From sequence record NC_023719.1: a DNA stretch of 64,000 bases; one strand, given 5' to 3'. Below the pieces are notes generated by a model that was given only the letters and a program-made list of their open reading frames with translations, did not search any database and had not been told where the DNA came from. Shown in pieces: positions 56,001 to 64,000 of this stretch (its first letter is position 1; each line of letters begins with the position of its first letter). Made by a program: the position numbers and the translations under genes.

Positions 56001-58757
56001 AAGTTCACAGAAGAATATTTATCTAAAATAGCTGATGGAGTCGATCCTTCTAAGGCTGAAGCATTAGCGAAAGATCAAGCAGATAAACTTGTTGAAATTC
56101 AGTTAGGCACAGAGGACGTAAAAGAGTTAAACAAAGAGCAACTTGGTCAAATGCTTGAATTATACTCTTTAACTGGAGAGAATAAAGAAGCTTTATTAGA
56201 ATATAGTGACACATATTTTAAACGCGAAGAAGATTCAAGAAAAGTATTGGACGCAACCTCTGAAGCTACAGGGTTATCTTTAGAGCAATTAATTCAAATA
56301 GGCGAAAGTATGAACCTACTTCCTTCTGAGTTAGCGGCTTTAATAGCGATAAATTCTGGTGGTAGCGATAATGTTAAATCAGCATTTACAAGTAATGCAA
56401 AAATTGAAGACATGAGAAAAGATTTAGAAAAGAACAAAGGTTTATCTAAAGGCACTATTGAAGATACAATTGCTCATATGGTTAGTTCAGCTGGTGACTT
56501 AACAGCCAAAGGGGTAAGCCAAAAAGAAATGTCTAGATATGCTACTTATTATGCTGGAAGTTATCAATCTGGTAAATCAGAAGAAGAAGCAGCAGCTATG
56601 GCTGAAAAGCAATTGTATGCAGATAGACAAGCAGATGAAGTTCTTAATGGTAAAGGTCTAATGTCTAAAGTTTCAAAATATGCTAAAGACCTAGGGTTTA
56701 CTGGAGCTAGAGCGGTTGGTTCAAGTATAACAAACGCTCAAGTAAAAGACGCTATTTCAACTACTGCAGCAGCTTCTGGTATGACTGAATGGCAAATAAA
56801 ACAATCACTACAAAGACAAGGTATTAACGAAAAAATGTTTACTAGTTATCTTTTACAAAATGCGGATAGAGATGACGCTGGTATTAAAGGTAAATTAGGT
56901 AAATCAGAGGTAAGTAAATTCTTAGGTAACAAATCAAACGCTGACGCGATAGGAAGTACGATGGCTAAATCATTAGGTTATAGTGAACAACAATTGGCTA
57001 AAATGGAAAAGTCTTACCAACAAGCAGATGTTCATAAAGAAGAAAATCAAAAGTTCTTAAATGAGAAAATACTTTATACAGAAGAATATCAAGGTAGTAA
57101 TCACAATGACGCTAAAACACAAAGAAAAGATTTGCAAGATTTAAACCAAAAATTTGAAACCACTTTACAAAAATCAGATCAAGAATTTAGAGATAAATTA
57201 CAGGATGCTAAGAAGAAAGCAGACTCTGAAAACACGACATCCGTTGTTGATGCAATTGGTTCATTAGGTACTTTATTAGGAACAAGATTATCAGAACTAG
57301 GCACTGCGTTATCTTCTATGAGTGGCATGGGTGGAAGTGGTGGAATCTATAGTGGCGGTGGCGGAGATCCTACAGCGCTAAAGAAAGCTGACATTAAAAG
57401 TAAATCTTCATTATCTGCTAAAGAACTTGATGCATGGATAGCGTCTAAAGCTCCAAAGAATTCATTGATGTTAGGCATGGGTAAAGCGTTTAAAGAAGCA
57501 GAAGAGAAATCTGGGTTAAACGCTGAATATTTAATTGCTCACGCTGCGCATGAAACTGGATGGGGAACTAGTAGAATAGCAAGAGATAAAGGAAACTTCT
57601 TTGGAATTGGCGCTTTTGATGCAACTCCTTACACTAGTGCATATGGTATGGGCGGTACAGGTAGCAATAAGTACTATGGTGGTATAGTAGAAGGCGCTAT
57701 GTGGATAGCTGAGAACTATGCAAATAAAGGTCAAAACACTTTAGATTCTATGCGTAACAATGGTGGTAAACACGAGTATGCTACTGATCCATTATGGGAT
57801 GAGAAAATTGCTGGTATTTGGGCAGGTGCTCCATCTGCCCCAGGAGGTAGTGGTAGTTATAGCGGAAACGTTGCATCATACTATTTAGGCAATCAATTTA
57901 CTAAAACTTCTGGTTATAAAGAAGCAGGCCGAAAAGATCATATAGGATTAGACTTAGCTGCTCCAGCGGGTACTGATATTTATGCTTTAGCAGCAGGTAC
58001 AGTTAAATCTACTGGTAGTCATAGTTCTGCGGGCAACTATGTTACAATTGAACACGACGATGGCTCGTTAACAAAATATTATCATATGTTAACAAAAGCG
58101 TTAGTTAAAGAAGGGGAAAAAGTAGCAGCTGGACAACACATAGGTGATGTGGGTAGTACTGGTAAAAGTACAGGTAATCACCTGCACTTAGAATATTGGA
58201 AAAATGGACAGCATTATAATCCAAACGATATATTGAAAAAAGTAGCTGGTATAGGCGGATTTAGTGGAGACCCTAATGAAACAGGTGGTACTGGAGCATT
58301 GCAGAAAGCAATAACTGCTAATACCGAAGCTGTTGGTAAAACAACAGATGCTTTAAAATCAAACACTCAAGCTATCTCAAGACCAATATTAACTAATGCT
58401 TCAGCATATGATCCGTTTTCTGGAATACATCCAACTAACTCTTTAGATTATAATAGATATACTTTTGATTTGTATAAGAAAGTTGGAATGGACAATATTT
58501 CTGAGAATGAATCTGGTGTTAATTATCAAGAGTTATCTAAGAAAGCTAGAAACGCATTTGATATTAACGTTAAAACTGCTATTGATCCATCATCACACCC
58601 TAATTTTACTCAATTACTTGATAAACATTTAAAGGTTGCAGTTAAAGCTGCTGTTTCTGAAGCAACTGAAAGTTTAGATAGTAACTATGCTTCTCAGTTT
58701 AGTGAAATTTGGAATACGGTAAGTTCAACAATTGACAATAGTAAAACTATAAAATAG
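50076..58757 (+). CDS. Tape measure protein with C-terminal GH73-like glucosaminidase and M23 peptidase
   Basis: 2893-aa helical/Gly-rich protein after the chaperones; AHAAHETGWG..GNFFGIGA..YATDP and HIGLDLA..YYHM..HLHLE motifs. Confidence 0.9.
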   Translation: MSENKVIKAIMGQINDSFEKVENYKINGNADGAIQELDKLMDKLGDVEQQFKTAGGDAFTKNIQESFANAKAQVQDYMNFLNSSKDQLEFGEISRNAAQNFDNLKNKFNELNQSLNGIVSNPALDDFTKKLESIKDVNLDISEKVRQFDSQLGEMGKSVEKLKQNIESQLQLIDFGSIGGNEALSSFDKVLSSILERVNATKDQVNSEVSKMLSPEHISSDGATEKINSFVNDVKRMGEEIIQTSNEIKASFGSLFSNLSNDVDDNTISMLERLSDVIGSLKDNNIEIKNPLSDLITSLKSINEKDIDMVANLSNALNDMLNMKFDQGNNTVFGIMELNNGLNSMKSTIEDAANVFKSLFDVVNNDNSFNNFANQMKDMQAKMNEMNSAMNEISSSSMATINSLQTQTSHLFNPRYSEPLSGAYGDNNINPRNPRPDQFYGSAGSMGQDFYQDRSYQNMMNQMHSTQNNLGRMLWNNYDEERYGHGGDAPWITRSGNRTKEALIENNEISALINLLSSDKGLKRSIRDLPNNVNAYGSGGADDQFATIEKRVEKYVQNIEQLLSKFSNMKNIDADGSFDDILLEMINNGKNFVNKFDDVLSELPSEMRRKLKGNSTIDEYRKMADQYNAEALDRTVNSDLRGKYASENAYTGDGTDFFLQMLSGSKMKGGAASLSSAMQGLSSNYDYDPSLRSKMLSASSYNDNMLSRHDKLLSSLDGGDHNLIMKNATEFMESGKLSLGQNTGIMSSLAASLSTSGGKDSEKTLSFLKDMDSQARETGSAIKDIMENLIQMMELKAVTLEGDERSKFEEQLDKIKEKLKGVNEEMARSSEIRTDAFVSAASSFGEDDYDRADDESISYLSKRHSQGYSRIQRNTSNLRSHAYAAKMANMSGNPLRGYRRGDLSNNRLDNISDISRDLEARMYKINGLRSEFDEAAADPTRKDEARDKLYQLNDNQSQMNNLAKQLAKQTQMSDKDLKDAPPEVKNVYNAVQEMLDSTKTSNVEMMQLNELLGLDELNEDLIKTNQELDKVRNSNWDKFKSGIKDVGDTIKNSIISPLQSVGGTASNLAKSGLGAMGLGSLSSLAVNPFSLSSIMGGVFSLAGDMFQSDIAQGQAKNTLRSSEMMVYGANSGSNVNDMMSRGLQYQDDSYGLINYSDLTRTYSGLASNVVGQYGQASSLAQKDMNDFADTSLALQKGYGIGEGTVNDAINTFYKELRMNVNETEYELAKIGQTAQSLNVPFGKHLENVTSMAKQYKSMGFEAEYASEVVGNLMFQHGMTYDDASSIAMKSANAVTGMSDGWTAFTGMMNGYSGNPLEAVVGLQYGYNQDGTIKDGVIDQRIENLQTKYNMMSMLGGSAGDYAVAKTLSNDGFSNREAGMILDAMKNGDTDFMRDMFTKNMEGTLEDGEKLDPNNPDEYFKQVFDKINQSAEEQLSVTEKILATYRQGIDEIVFANQDLFDSLTPLIGVVDDLMSKLGDFVGGLDDFISSMKDMYQNSFLSDWGMSDFLTAGLVGGGLYGAAKVGSKALARRAFSGGGSRGGNSRNRGGDDDDSDRRRGTGSGSRSIDVDTDTHGSSKWSKFKKAGKAGGKAGLLLGGGALLAEMLLGGGEEASAAENDWGAMLGGSGYNPGGDSVETPESVSVLKDIYNLLAGNGVSLNLSGATGSSSSTAAEEAAAIATATSGGAGMLQNALLIGGAGVVGGGAMSLYRDRNSKGGTTTFLNNSQSARQAAIDAEDEARRARVQQSYEMNRASGQTASEAKLNADREESLRSRSAFNRMSQADYEDLFKTSNTKGIKGALKGLKGVKAAPVIGSALSLGLSAWQVNDEFNDINALAHMTGAKTGTAKAGSVGDASLSATLMGLGAVGGSFIPGLGNIAGAIVGGGLGLGLDWLGDKTGAKDWVLDKLGMGSEDVKDSLATSGQQAAAKSYQKRMGQYGYGSINDDFALIASSSQQKHGKYLSGLSQEEKDAWSSKFTEEYLSKIADGVDPSKAEALAKDQADKLVEIQLGTEDVKELNKEQLGQMLELYSLTGENKEALLEYSDTYFKREEDSRKVLDATSEATGLSLEQLIQIGESMNLLPSELAALIAINSGGSDNVKSAFTSNAKIEDMRKDLEKNKGLSKGTIEDTIAHMVSSAGDLTAKGVSQKEMSRYATYYAGSYQSGKSEEEAAAMAEKQLYADRQADEVLNGKGLMSKVSKYAKDLGFTGARAVGSSITNAQVKDAISTTAAASGMTEWQIKQSLQRQGINEKMFTSYLLQNADRDDAGIKGKLGKSEVSKFLGNKSNADAIGSTMAKSLGYSEQQLAKMEKSYQQADVHKEENQKFLNEKILYTEEYQGSNHNDAKTQRKDLQDLNQKFETTLQKSDQEFRDKLQDAKKKADSENTTSVVDAIGSLGTLLGTRLSELGTALSSMSGMGGSGGIYSGGGGDPTALKKADIKSKSSLSAKELDAWIASKAPKNSLMLGMGKAFKEAEEKSGLNAEYLIAHAAHETGWGTSRIARDKGNFFGIGAFDATPYTSAYGMGGTGSNKYYGGIVEGAMWIAENYANKGQNTLDSMRNNGGKHEYATDPLWDEKIAGIWAGAPSAPGGSGSYSGNVASYYLGNQFTKTSGYKEAGRKDHIGLDLAAPAGTDIYALAAGTVKSTGSHSSAGNYVTIEHDDGSLTKYYHMLTKALVKEGEKVAAGQHIGDVGSTGKSTGNHLHLEYWKNGQHYNPNDILKKVAGIGGFSGDPNETGGTGALQKAITANTEAVGKTTDALKSNTQAISRPILTNASAYDPFSGIHPTNSLDYNRYTFDLYKKVGMDNISENESGVNYQELSKKARNAFDINVKTAIDPSSHPNFTQLLDKHLKVAVKAAVSEATESLDSNYASQFSEIWNTVSSTIDNSKTIK

Positions 58758-58817
58758 ACTAAAAAGGGGAGAATTATTTTCTCCCTTTCTTAGTATTAAT
58801 ATTATGAGGTGATAAAA

Positions 58818-60272
58818 ATGACTACAGGGCCATTTGCAAATTCTTATGAACCAACTGTTATTCATACTATTAATAGCACTACTATTGGTAGAAAACCAGT
58901 AGATGACATGTGGCAAAATAATGGTGAATCTAATAAGTATTACGAGGCTCAAAAAAGAGCTGATATGTATGCGAAATTAAAGGAAAGAACTCCAATGGTT
59001 ATTGAATATAAACAAACTCCAGATGAGTGGAAATCATTTACAATGTATATTAATCCTGATAGATTATCAATAACTAATCAAAAAGTAAAAGGTAAAGCTT
59101 ATACACGCGGTGGTATATTTTACCATCACTGGGGAGATGATAACCCGATATTAACATTGTCTGGTACTACTGGTTTTTCTGGTATGAAAGGAATTCAGAC
59201 ATTGGAACAGATTTACCATGCTTCTGGTACTTTATTAAAATATCAAAAATTTGGACCTGAAAAATATGCGCAAAGAACAAATTTCCAACCACCTGATGTA
59301 AATTTAAATTCTCCAGTTTCTGTTGTTGAAGCCGCTATGAATAAAACAACAACGAGTTTGGTTGAAGCATTAAAAGGTTTTGTTGAAAAAGATTCAGCAA
59401 AAAAAGAAAAATGGGAAGAATATAAAAATTTACAAAAACAACTTGAAGAAGCACAAAAAAATAGCACTAATAGTGTTACTGACAAACTTCATATTGCATC
59501 TATAAACTTAAAGCAAAGAAGGCTAAGAGAAACTTACGGTTTCCCAGAAGGAAGTTATTATAACTTATCTAAGACAACTCTACCTAATAATGAAAAAGAA
59601 ACAAACAATCAAAAAGCGTTGAGTTTGGTTGCTATCAATAATTATATGGCTTTAAATAAAGTGGGAGATATACTTTCTAAAGTTAGAAAAGCAGAAGAAG
59701 AGGTAGATAAGACAGTGGCGAATAATAAAACTATAACTTCTGCTAATAATTATAAAAAAATAGCTTCAACTGTATTTAAAAATAAACTCCCAGGTATTGA
59801 TAATGAATTAATATCACAATTAGCAAGTCAAAAAGCATCTTACTATAAAGCTGGGACAGAAGATATTCGTATTTTAAACGGTGATTCAAGTCCTTACTCA
59901 AATTTACAAGATAGTCCAATACCATATAGAGAAGATTTAACTGGGCAAATGGTTCAAATATCGCAAGACAGAACTGCAGCTTTAGAGTCTTTTATGCAAG
60001 ATATGGCTAAATTGGAAGAAACTGAAAAAAAATACTATGAAGAATTAAGAGATAATGCTTTTGATGATGTTATGGATGATGTAAACGACGAATGGAAACC
60101 AAGGGTAATATTTATTTACTTTGATAATAAAGCTTATATGGGACATTTTGATGCATTTTCTTATTCGCAAGAAGCAGCTAATCCGTACTATATAAGATAT
60201 GAAATGAGAATAACAATCACTAAAGAGATATTAAGTACAAAGAAAGAGAATAAGATTAAAAAGTTAACATAA
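58818..60272 (+). CDS. Baseplate/tail-tube initiator-like protein with a large helical insertion
   Basis: MYINPDRL..TRGG..HWGD..LTLSGTTG N-terminal half and YMGHFDAFSYSQEA..YEMRI C-terminal half; position after the TMP. Confidence 0.6.
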   Translation: MTTGPFANSYEPTVIHTINSTTIGRKPVDDMWQNNGESNKYYEAQKRADMYAKLKERTPMVIEYKQTPDEWKSFTMYINPDRLSITNQKVKGKAYTRGGIFYHHWGDDNPILTLSGTTGFSGMKGIQTLEQIYHASGTLLKYQKFGPEKYAQRTNFQPPDVNLNSPVSVVEAAMNKTTTSLVEALKGFVEKDSAKKEKWEEYKNLQKQLEEAQKNSTNSVTDKLHIASINLKQRRLRETYGFPEGSYYNLSKTTLPNNEKETNNQKALSLVAINNYMALNKVGDILSKVRKAEEEVDKTVANNKTITSANNYKKIASTVFKNKLPGIDNELISQLASQKASYYKAGTEDIRILNGDSSPYSNLQDSPIPYREDLTGQMVQISQDRTAALESFMQDMAKLEETEKKYYEELRDNAFDDVMDDVNDEWKPRVIFIYFDNKAYMGHFDAFSYSQEAANPYYIRYEMRITITKEILSTKKENKIKKLT

Positions 60273-60296
60273 TAAAGGCTTAAAAGAGGTGACATT

Positions 60297-62819
60297 ATGG
60301 CAAATACGGAAATAAAACATACCGTAAAAAAGGGTGATACCCTTTGGGATATAGCTAAGAAATATCTAGGTGATGGTACAAAATGGAAAGAAATTTACAA
60401 TTTAAATAAGAGTCAAATTAAAGATCCTCATTGGATATACCCTGGTCAAGTATTTATCATTAAAAAAGGTGAAACCGTTGTACCTGTCGCTAAGCCTCCA
60501 GCACCTAAACCAGAGCCAGCTCCTGTGCAGTCTTCAAAAGTTGATCCATTAAAGTTATCTTATGAAAATAGATATAGTAGAACAAAAGAACTAGATAGTA
60601 CACAACATGATCCAAGTCAAATGAAAATTGTAGACTTCAAACAAGATTATACTGTTGTTGTACGTAAAAAATTATATTACGCTATAAATCAAGATGATAA
60701 CGAAAAATATATAAAGATGTTTCAACTTAATAATTTTATGCAAATTAGAACATCAAACTCTGTTTACGGTAAAGGTTCAGCTAGTATAACAATAAAAGGC
60801 GGAGAGAGAGTTGTAGTAGCTGATAAAGATGTTATTAAAGAAAAAACTGGTGGATGGAAATTTGAAACATTTTTAGCAAGTTGGAATAGTATTATGCACG
60901 AAACATCTGGTAAGGAAGAAAATGGAATAGAATATAATAACACAATGAAAGTTAGAGAACATAAATATGGATGGGCTTATGCTGAAAAATGTGATATTGA
61001 ACCTATGGATGAAGTTTACATTTTTTCTAAAAGTAGAAAGCTAAAAAATAAAGATGGTTCTTATCCTTTTAAACAAATATTCTTTGGCTACATTACAGCA
61101 GTAACAAAATCTTATACTGCTGGACAAACTGGTCCAATGATAAGTATACAAGTTGATGATCACTTAAAACTTTTAGATATATCTAGGGTTGCTAATAGAC
61201 CTGCGCTAGATATGACGACTGTTGTCCCAGGGTCTAGACTTGATGGTCATGGTTTCTGGGTATTAGAAGATGATTATAGATACAATGGTATTAATCCTGA
61301 TACTTTAGAACCATTAAGTTCGGGTGCAAGTTTCGTGTTAACGAATTCATTTGCTGGTCTAGAGGCACATAAGATAATTAAACGTTTATGCATCGAGGCT
61401 GGAATACCTCTTAACAAATTAACTCAAAGAATAGAACAAACTGAACGAGTACCGTTTGCTGTTCAGATAAGGGAAAATTTTGGCGACATATTTAGTGGAG
61501 ACTTTGAAAAACGATTAACCTATTGCGAAAAAGCAGCTAATGTCTTAAATTTTGAATTTTTTGCTGATGAAGAAGGCAACATAGTATTTAAAATACCAAC
61601 ATGGAATATAGGCGTAAATAGAAAACCGCTAAACAATTGCGGTCAAGATGTTACTTATTTATATGATGTAGGAGGAGCTCTACATAGAGAACCTCAAAAG
61701 AAAGAATATGAAACAAAAGAAGTAACTAAAACTAAAACTGTGCAGAAAACAACAAAACAAGCGATAACACATACTGTGAAAAAAGGAGATACTCTTTGGG
61801 ATATAGCCGCTAAATACTTAGGTAAACCAACTCTTTGGCCTCAAATTTACAATTTAAATAAGAGTCAAATTAAAGATCCTCATTGGATATATCCAGGGCA
61901 AGTATTTACAATTCAAAAAGAAGTAACTCAATCTGTACAAGAACAATATGTTGAAAAAATTAAAGTTGAAAAAAAATCTGAACCAGTCGATAATTCTAAT
62001 AATCCTTCTGTTTCTAAGATGACTGATAAGCTGATACCAGTAGCGTACCCATGGGAGATTATTTCTTTCACTTTTACCGATACAGATAAAGAAGTGTATA
62101 CTGCTGCAACTGTAACGGCAGATACTCCACTTATTAGTTTAGCAAACGAAGGTGTAGTAATGGCGGTTACTAGAGCAGTTCAAGATCCTGGCTTAATTGC
62201 AAAATTCGGCGTTAGAGTAGCTCCACCCGTAACGACTCCATTAGTGGGAGGATATAAGGGCGCAGAAATATATGCTAATATGCAAATTATAAGGTCATTA
62301 GCTAATAGATATACTGGAACTCTACAGATGGTAGAAGAATCTTCAATAAGGGTGGGAGATCCAATAAGATTCCATATTTATGATGAAATACCATTTGCAG
62401 AACAAATGGCTAGAGATAAGAAAAATGCTAATAGTGAAAAAAATGCGCAAGCTGTATTTTATGTTGATCAAATTGATAGATCAATTTCAATTAATGGTGT
62501 ATCAACAATGTCATTATCGTTAAAAGCGGGAAGAATGATGGGTATGCCATCTATATATGATAAATGTACAGAACTTTATAGACCATTCTTTGAAAAGAGT
62601 GCAGATTTACCGCAAACGCCTGAAGATCCAAAAGTTTCTCAAGCTGGTGGAACTTATAAAGTTAAAAAAGGAGATTCTTTATGGAAGATAGCTGTAACTG
62701 TTTATGGAAATGGCGCTAAATGGAATGTAATTTATGAAGCGAACAGGAAAGATATGAAACGAGGTCCTTTAACTCAACCCGATAGGGTTTATGAAGGTCA
62801 AGTCTTAAAAATACCGTAA
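60297..62819 (+). CDS. Baseplate hub protein with three LysM domains
   Basis: HTVKKGDTLWDIA twice and YKVKKGDSLWKIA; hub-like FFADEEGNIVFK and IRVGDPI..FYVDQIDRS. Confidence 0.8.
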   Translation: MANTEIKHTVKKGDTLWDIAKKYLGDGTKWKEIYNLNKSQIKDPHWIYPGQVFIIKKGETVVPVAKPPAPKPEPAPVQSSKVDPLKLSYENRYSRTKELDSTQHDPSQMKIVDFKQDYTVVVRKKLYYAINQDDNEKYIKMFQLNNFMQIRTSNSVYGKGSASITIKGGERVVVADKDVIKEKTGGWKFETFLASWNSIMHETSGKEENGIEYNNTMKVREHKYGWAYAEKCDIEPMDEVYIFSKSRKLKNKDGSYPFKQIFFGYITAVTKSYTAGQTGPMISIQVDDHLKLLDISRVANRPALDMTTVVPGSRLDGHGFWVLEDDYRYNGINPDTLEPLSSGASFVLTNSFAGLEAHKIIKRLCIEAGIPLNKLTQRIEQTERVPFAVQIRENFGDIFSGDFEKRLTYCEKAANVLNFEFFADEEGNIVFKIPTWNIGVNRKPLNNCGQDVTYLYDVGGALHREPQKKEYETKEVTKTKTVQKTTKQAITHTVKKGDTLWDIAAKYLGKPTLWPQIYNLNKSQIKDPHWIYPGQVFTIQKEVTQSVQEQYVEKIKVEKKSEPVDNSNNPSVSKMTDKLIPVAYPWEIISFTFTDTDKEVYTAATVTADTPLISLANEGVVMAVTRAVQDPGLIAKFGVRVAPPVTTPLVGGYKGAEIYANMQIIRSLANRYTGTLQMVEESSIRVGDPIRFHIYDEIPFAEQMARDKKNANSEKNAQAVFYVDQIDRSISINGVSTMSLSLKAGRMMGMPSIYDKCTELYRPFFEKSADLPQTPEDPKVSQAGGTYKVKKGDSLWKIAVTVYGNGAKWNVIYEANRKDMKRGPLTQPDRVYEGQVLKIP
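60391..60439 (+). repeat. 49-bp exact direct repeat, copy 1 (LysM1)
   Basis: AAATTTACAATTTAAATAAGAGTCAAATTAAAGATCCTCATTGGATATA, also at 61843-61891. Confidence 0.9.
61843..61891 (+). repeat. 49-bp exact direct repeat, copy 2 (LysM2)
   Basis: Identical to 60391-60439. Confidence 0.9.
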
Positions 62820-62825
62820 TTTATC

Positions 62826-62858
62826 AAACAACTCTTAATTTTAAGGGTTGTTTTTTTA
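62826..62858 (+). terminator. Intrinsic terminator
   Basis: AAACAACTCTTAA/TTAAGGGTTGTTT stem plus T-run. Confidence 0.75.
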
Positions 62859-62959
62859 TTTTGTAAAATAAAAAGTGATTTAATAACTATTTATTTTAGT
62901 AGGAGTATGAAAATAGATAATGCAAATGTTTTTCAAATAACAATAAAAGAAAGTTAAAG

Positions 62960-63973
62960 GTGATTAATGTGAATGTAAATAATTCATCTAGTGAAGGCAA
63001 CCAAATAGCATCGGGACCATCTTCTGGATTCGTTAGATCAACAATGACAAGTAATTCAGCAAATAAGCCTGTTTATGATGGAAAAGTTGATGAATACGGT
63101 AGCGTTAGACTAAGAATTGGTATTGTTGATAACCCTATGATAAAAAGAAATGCTGGTTCTAAAATAGAACCAACTGACCCATACAATATTGTCAATTTAA
63201 GAACTGGACATATAACAGTTAGATGGGCAGAGCAAGATGGTGGAGTAGTTAGGTCTTCTTCGTTTGGTTCATATGGAAAAGAAGGAGAGACTTCTGATAA
63301 AGAATCATTGGCTCTTACTCACCCAATGATATGGGCTAATGATAGTAATTGGTGCGGCATGAACTACTTACCGCCTATTGGTTCAGTTGTAGTAGTAGGT
63401 TTTAGAAAACATAATCAACCAATAGTGTTAGGCTATATACAGCCACATTATGAAGTTGTTACTGATATAGAATTAGGGGAAATAATGAATAAAGGTTTTG
63501 GTAATAATACTTCTCACTGGAAAATGCATGATGAACAAGAACATAAGGCTTGGGTAATGCAAAATGAATCAAGACCTGTAAAACATTTAAAAGATCAAGA
63601 TGGTAGGAAATATGAATGGAAACCCGCTCCTTATACTGTCGGATTAAAACTTAGATTAAAAGCTTGGATTGATCCATTTAACCCAGATGATAAAAAAGAA
63701 ATGGTAGAAATATATGCATATAAAATAAAAGATGGTGTTTTGTTGCATCATAGCTCATTAGAGGTAAGACCTGAAAAAGTGCACACGTGGTCCGAAGATC
63801 CTATAAATGGAAAAGTTCGTTCAGAACAAGTCATAACTCCAAGCTATGCTAAAATCGGAACATCGAAGACAGACTCTCCATCTTCATCATCTACTACTTG
63901 GTCACCTGGTTCTATAGTATCTGATGCAACAGACTTAATAAAAATGACAGCGGGAGTAATACAATTAAATTAG
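62960..63973 (+). CDS. Baseplate central spike (gp5/VgrG OB-fold-like)
   Basis: GMNYLPPIGSVVVVGF OB-fold motif; follows the hub gene. Confidence 0.65.
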   Translation: MINVNVNNSSSEGNQIASGPSSGFVRSTMTSNSANKPVYDGKVDEYGSVRLRIGIVDNPMIKRNAGSKIEPTDPYNIVNLRTGHITVRWAEQDGGVVRSSSFGSYGKEGETSDKESLALTHPMIWANDSNWCGMNYLPPIGSVVVVGFRKHNQPIVLGYIQPHYEVVTDIELGEIMNKGFGNNTSHWKMHDEQEHKAWVMQNESRPVKHLKDQDGRKYEWKPAPYTVGLKLRLKAWIDPFNPDDKKEMVEIYAYKIKDGVLLHHSSLEVRPEKVHTWSEDPINGKVRSEQVITPSYAKIGTSKTDSPSSSSTTWSPGSIVSDATDLIKMTAGVIQLN

Positions 63974-64000
63974 AGGTGTAAGGGATGAGTATAGATGTTC

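Noticed and set aside
472-59485. Minus-strand and nested ORFs in the track (e.g. 472..687, 7764..8006, 32465..32899, 33204..33599, 50801..51175)
   Set aside because: They are antisense shadows of well-supported + strand genes, without RBSs or recognisable motifs
42147-63973. Tailocin or eCIS rather than phage
   Set aside because: The very long tape measure, frameshift chaperone, neck genes and extensive phage metabolic genes argue for a real phage or phage-plasmid, although capsid genes are outside the window

Overview
A very AT-rich segment of a large contractile-tailed (myovirus-type) phage or phage-plasmid, most likely of a Bacillota host (strong GGAGG Shine-Dalgarno sites, sigmaA-like promoters, Bacillus-type ThyA and GuaC). 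All convincing genes but one are on the + strand. 1-23 kb is accessory and metabolic: a tandem array of at least 6 paralogous ~95-aa genes, a nucleotidyltransferase, PARG-like and macrodomain ADP-ribose erasers, two paralogous ADP-ribosyltransferase-like proteins, a 2H phosphoesterase, a PAAR protein, guaC, thyA, dfrA, MazG-like, tdk, a wHTH plus tubulin/FtsZ-family pair, a truncated PPDK-like enzyme, a 27-aa 10-Cys metallothionein-like peptide and a LemA-like membrane pair. 23-31.3 kb is a terminator-bounded minimal conjugation/T4SS-like module (replication-relaxation protein, pilin-, VirB6-, PrgI-, VirB4- and VirD4-like genes). 32-64 kb holds neck, tail and baseplate genes (sheath, two tube paralogues, -1 frameshift chaperone, 2893-aa tape measure with glucosaminidase and M23 domains, LysM hub, spike), interrupted by an early-type island (exonuclease, RNA ligase, RNase H), plus a phoH gene with an in-frame TGA. 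The most striking unexplained element is a ~500-nt intergenic region (6552-7056) that folds by eye into many helices with at least two pseudoknot/kissing-loop pairings, consistent with a large ornate ncRNA. No capsid, portal, terminase, tRNA or CRISPR array was seen. All protein calls are by motif recognition, not database searches.
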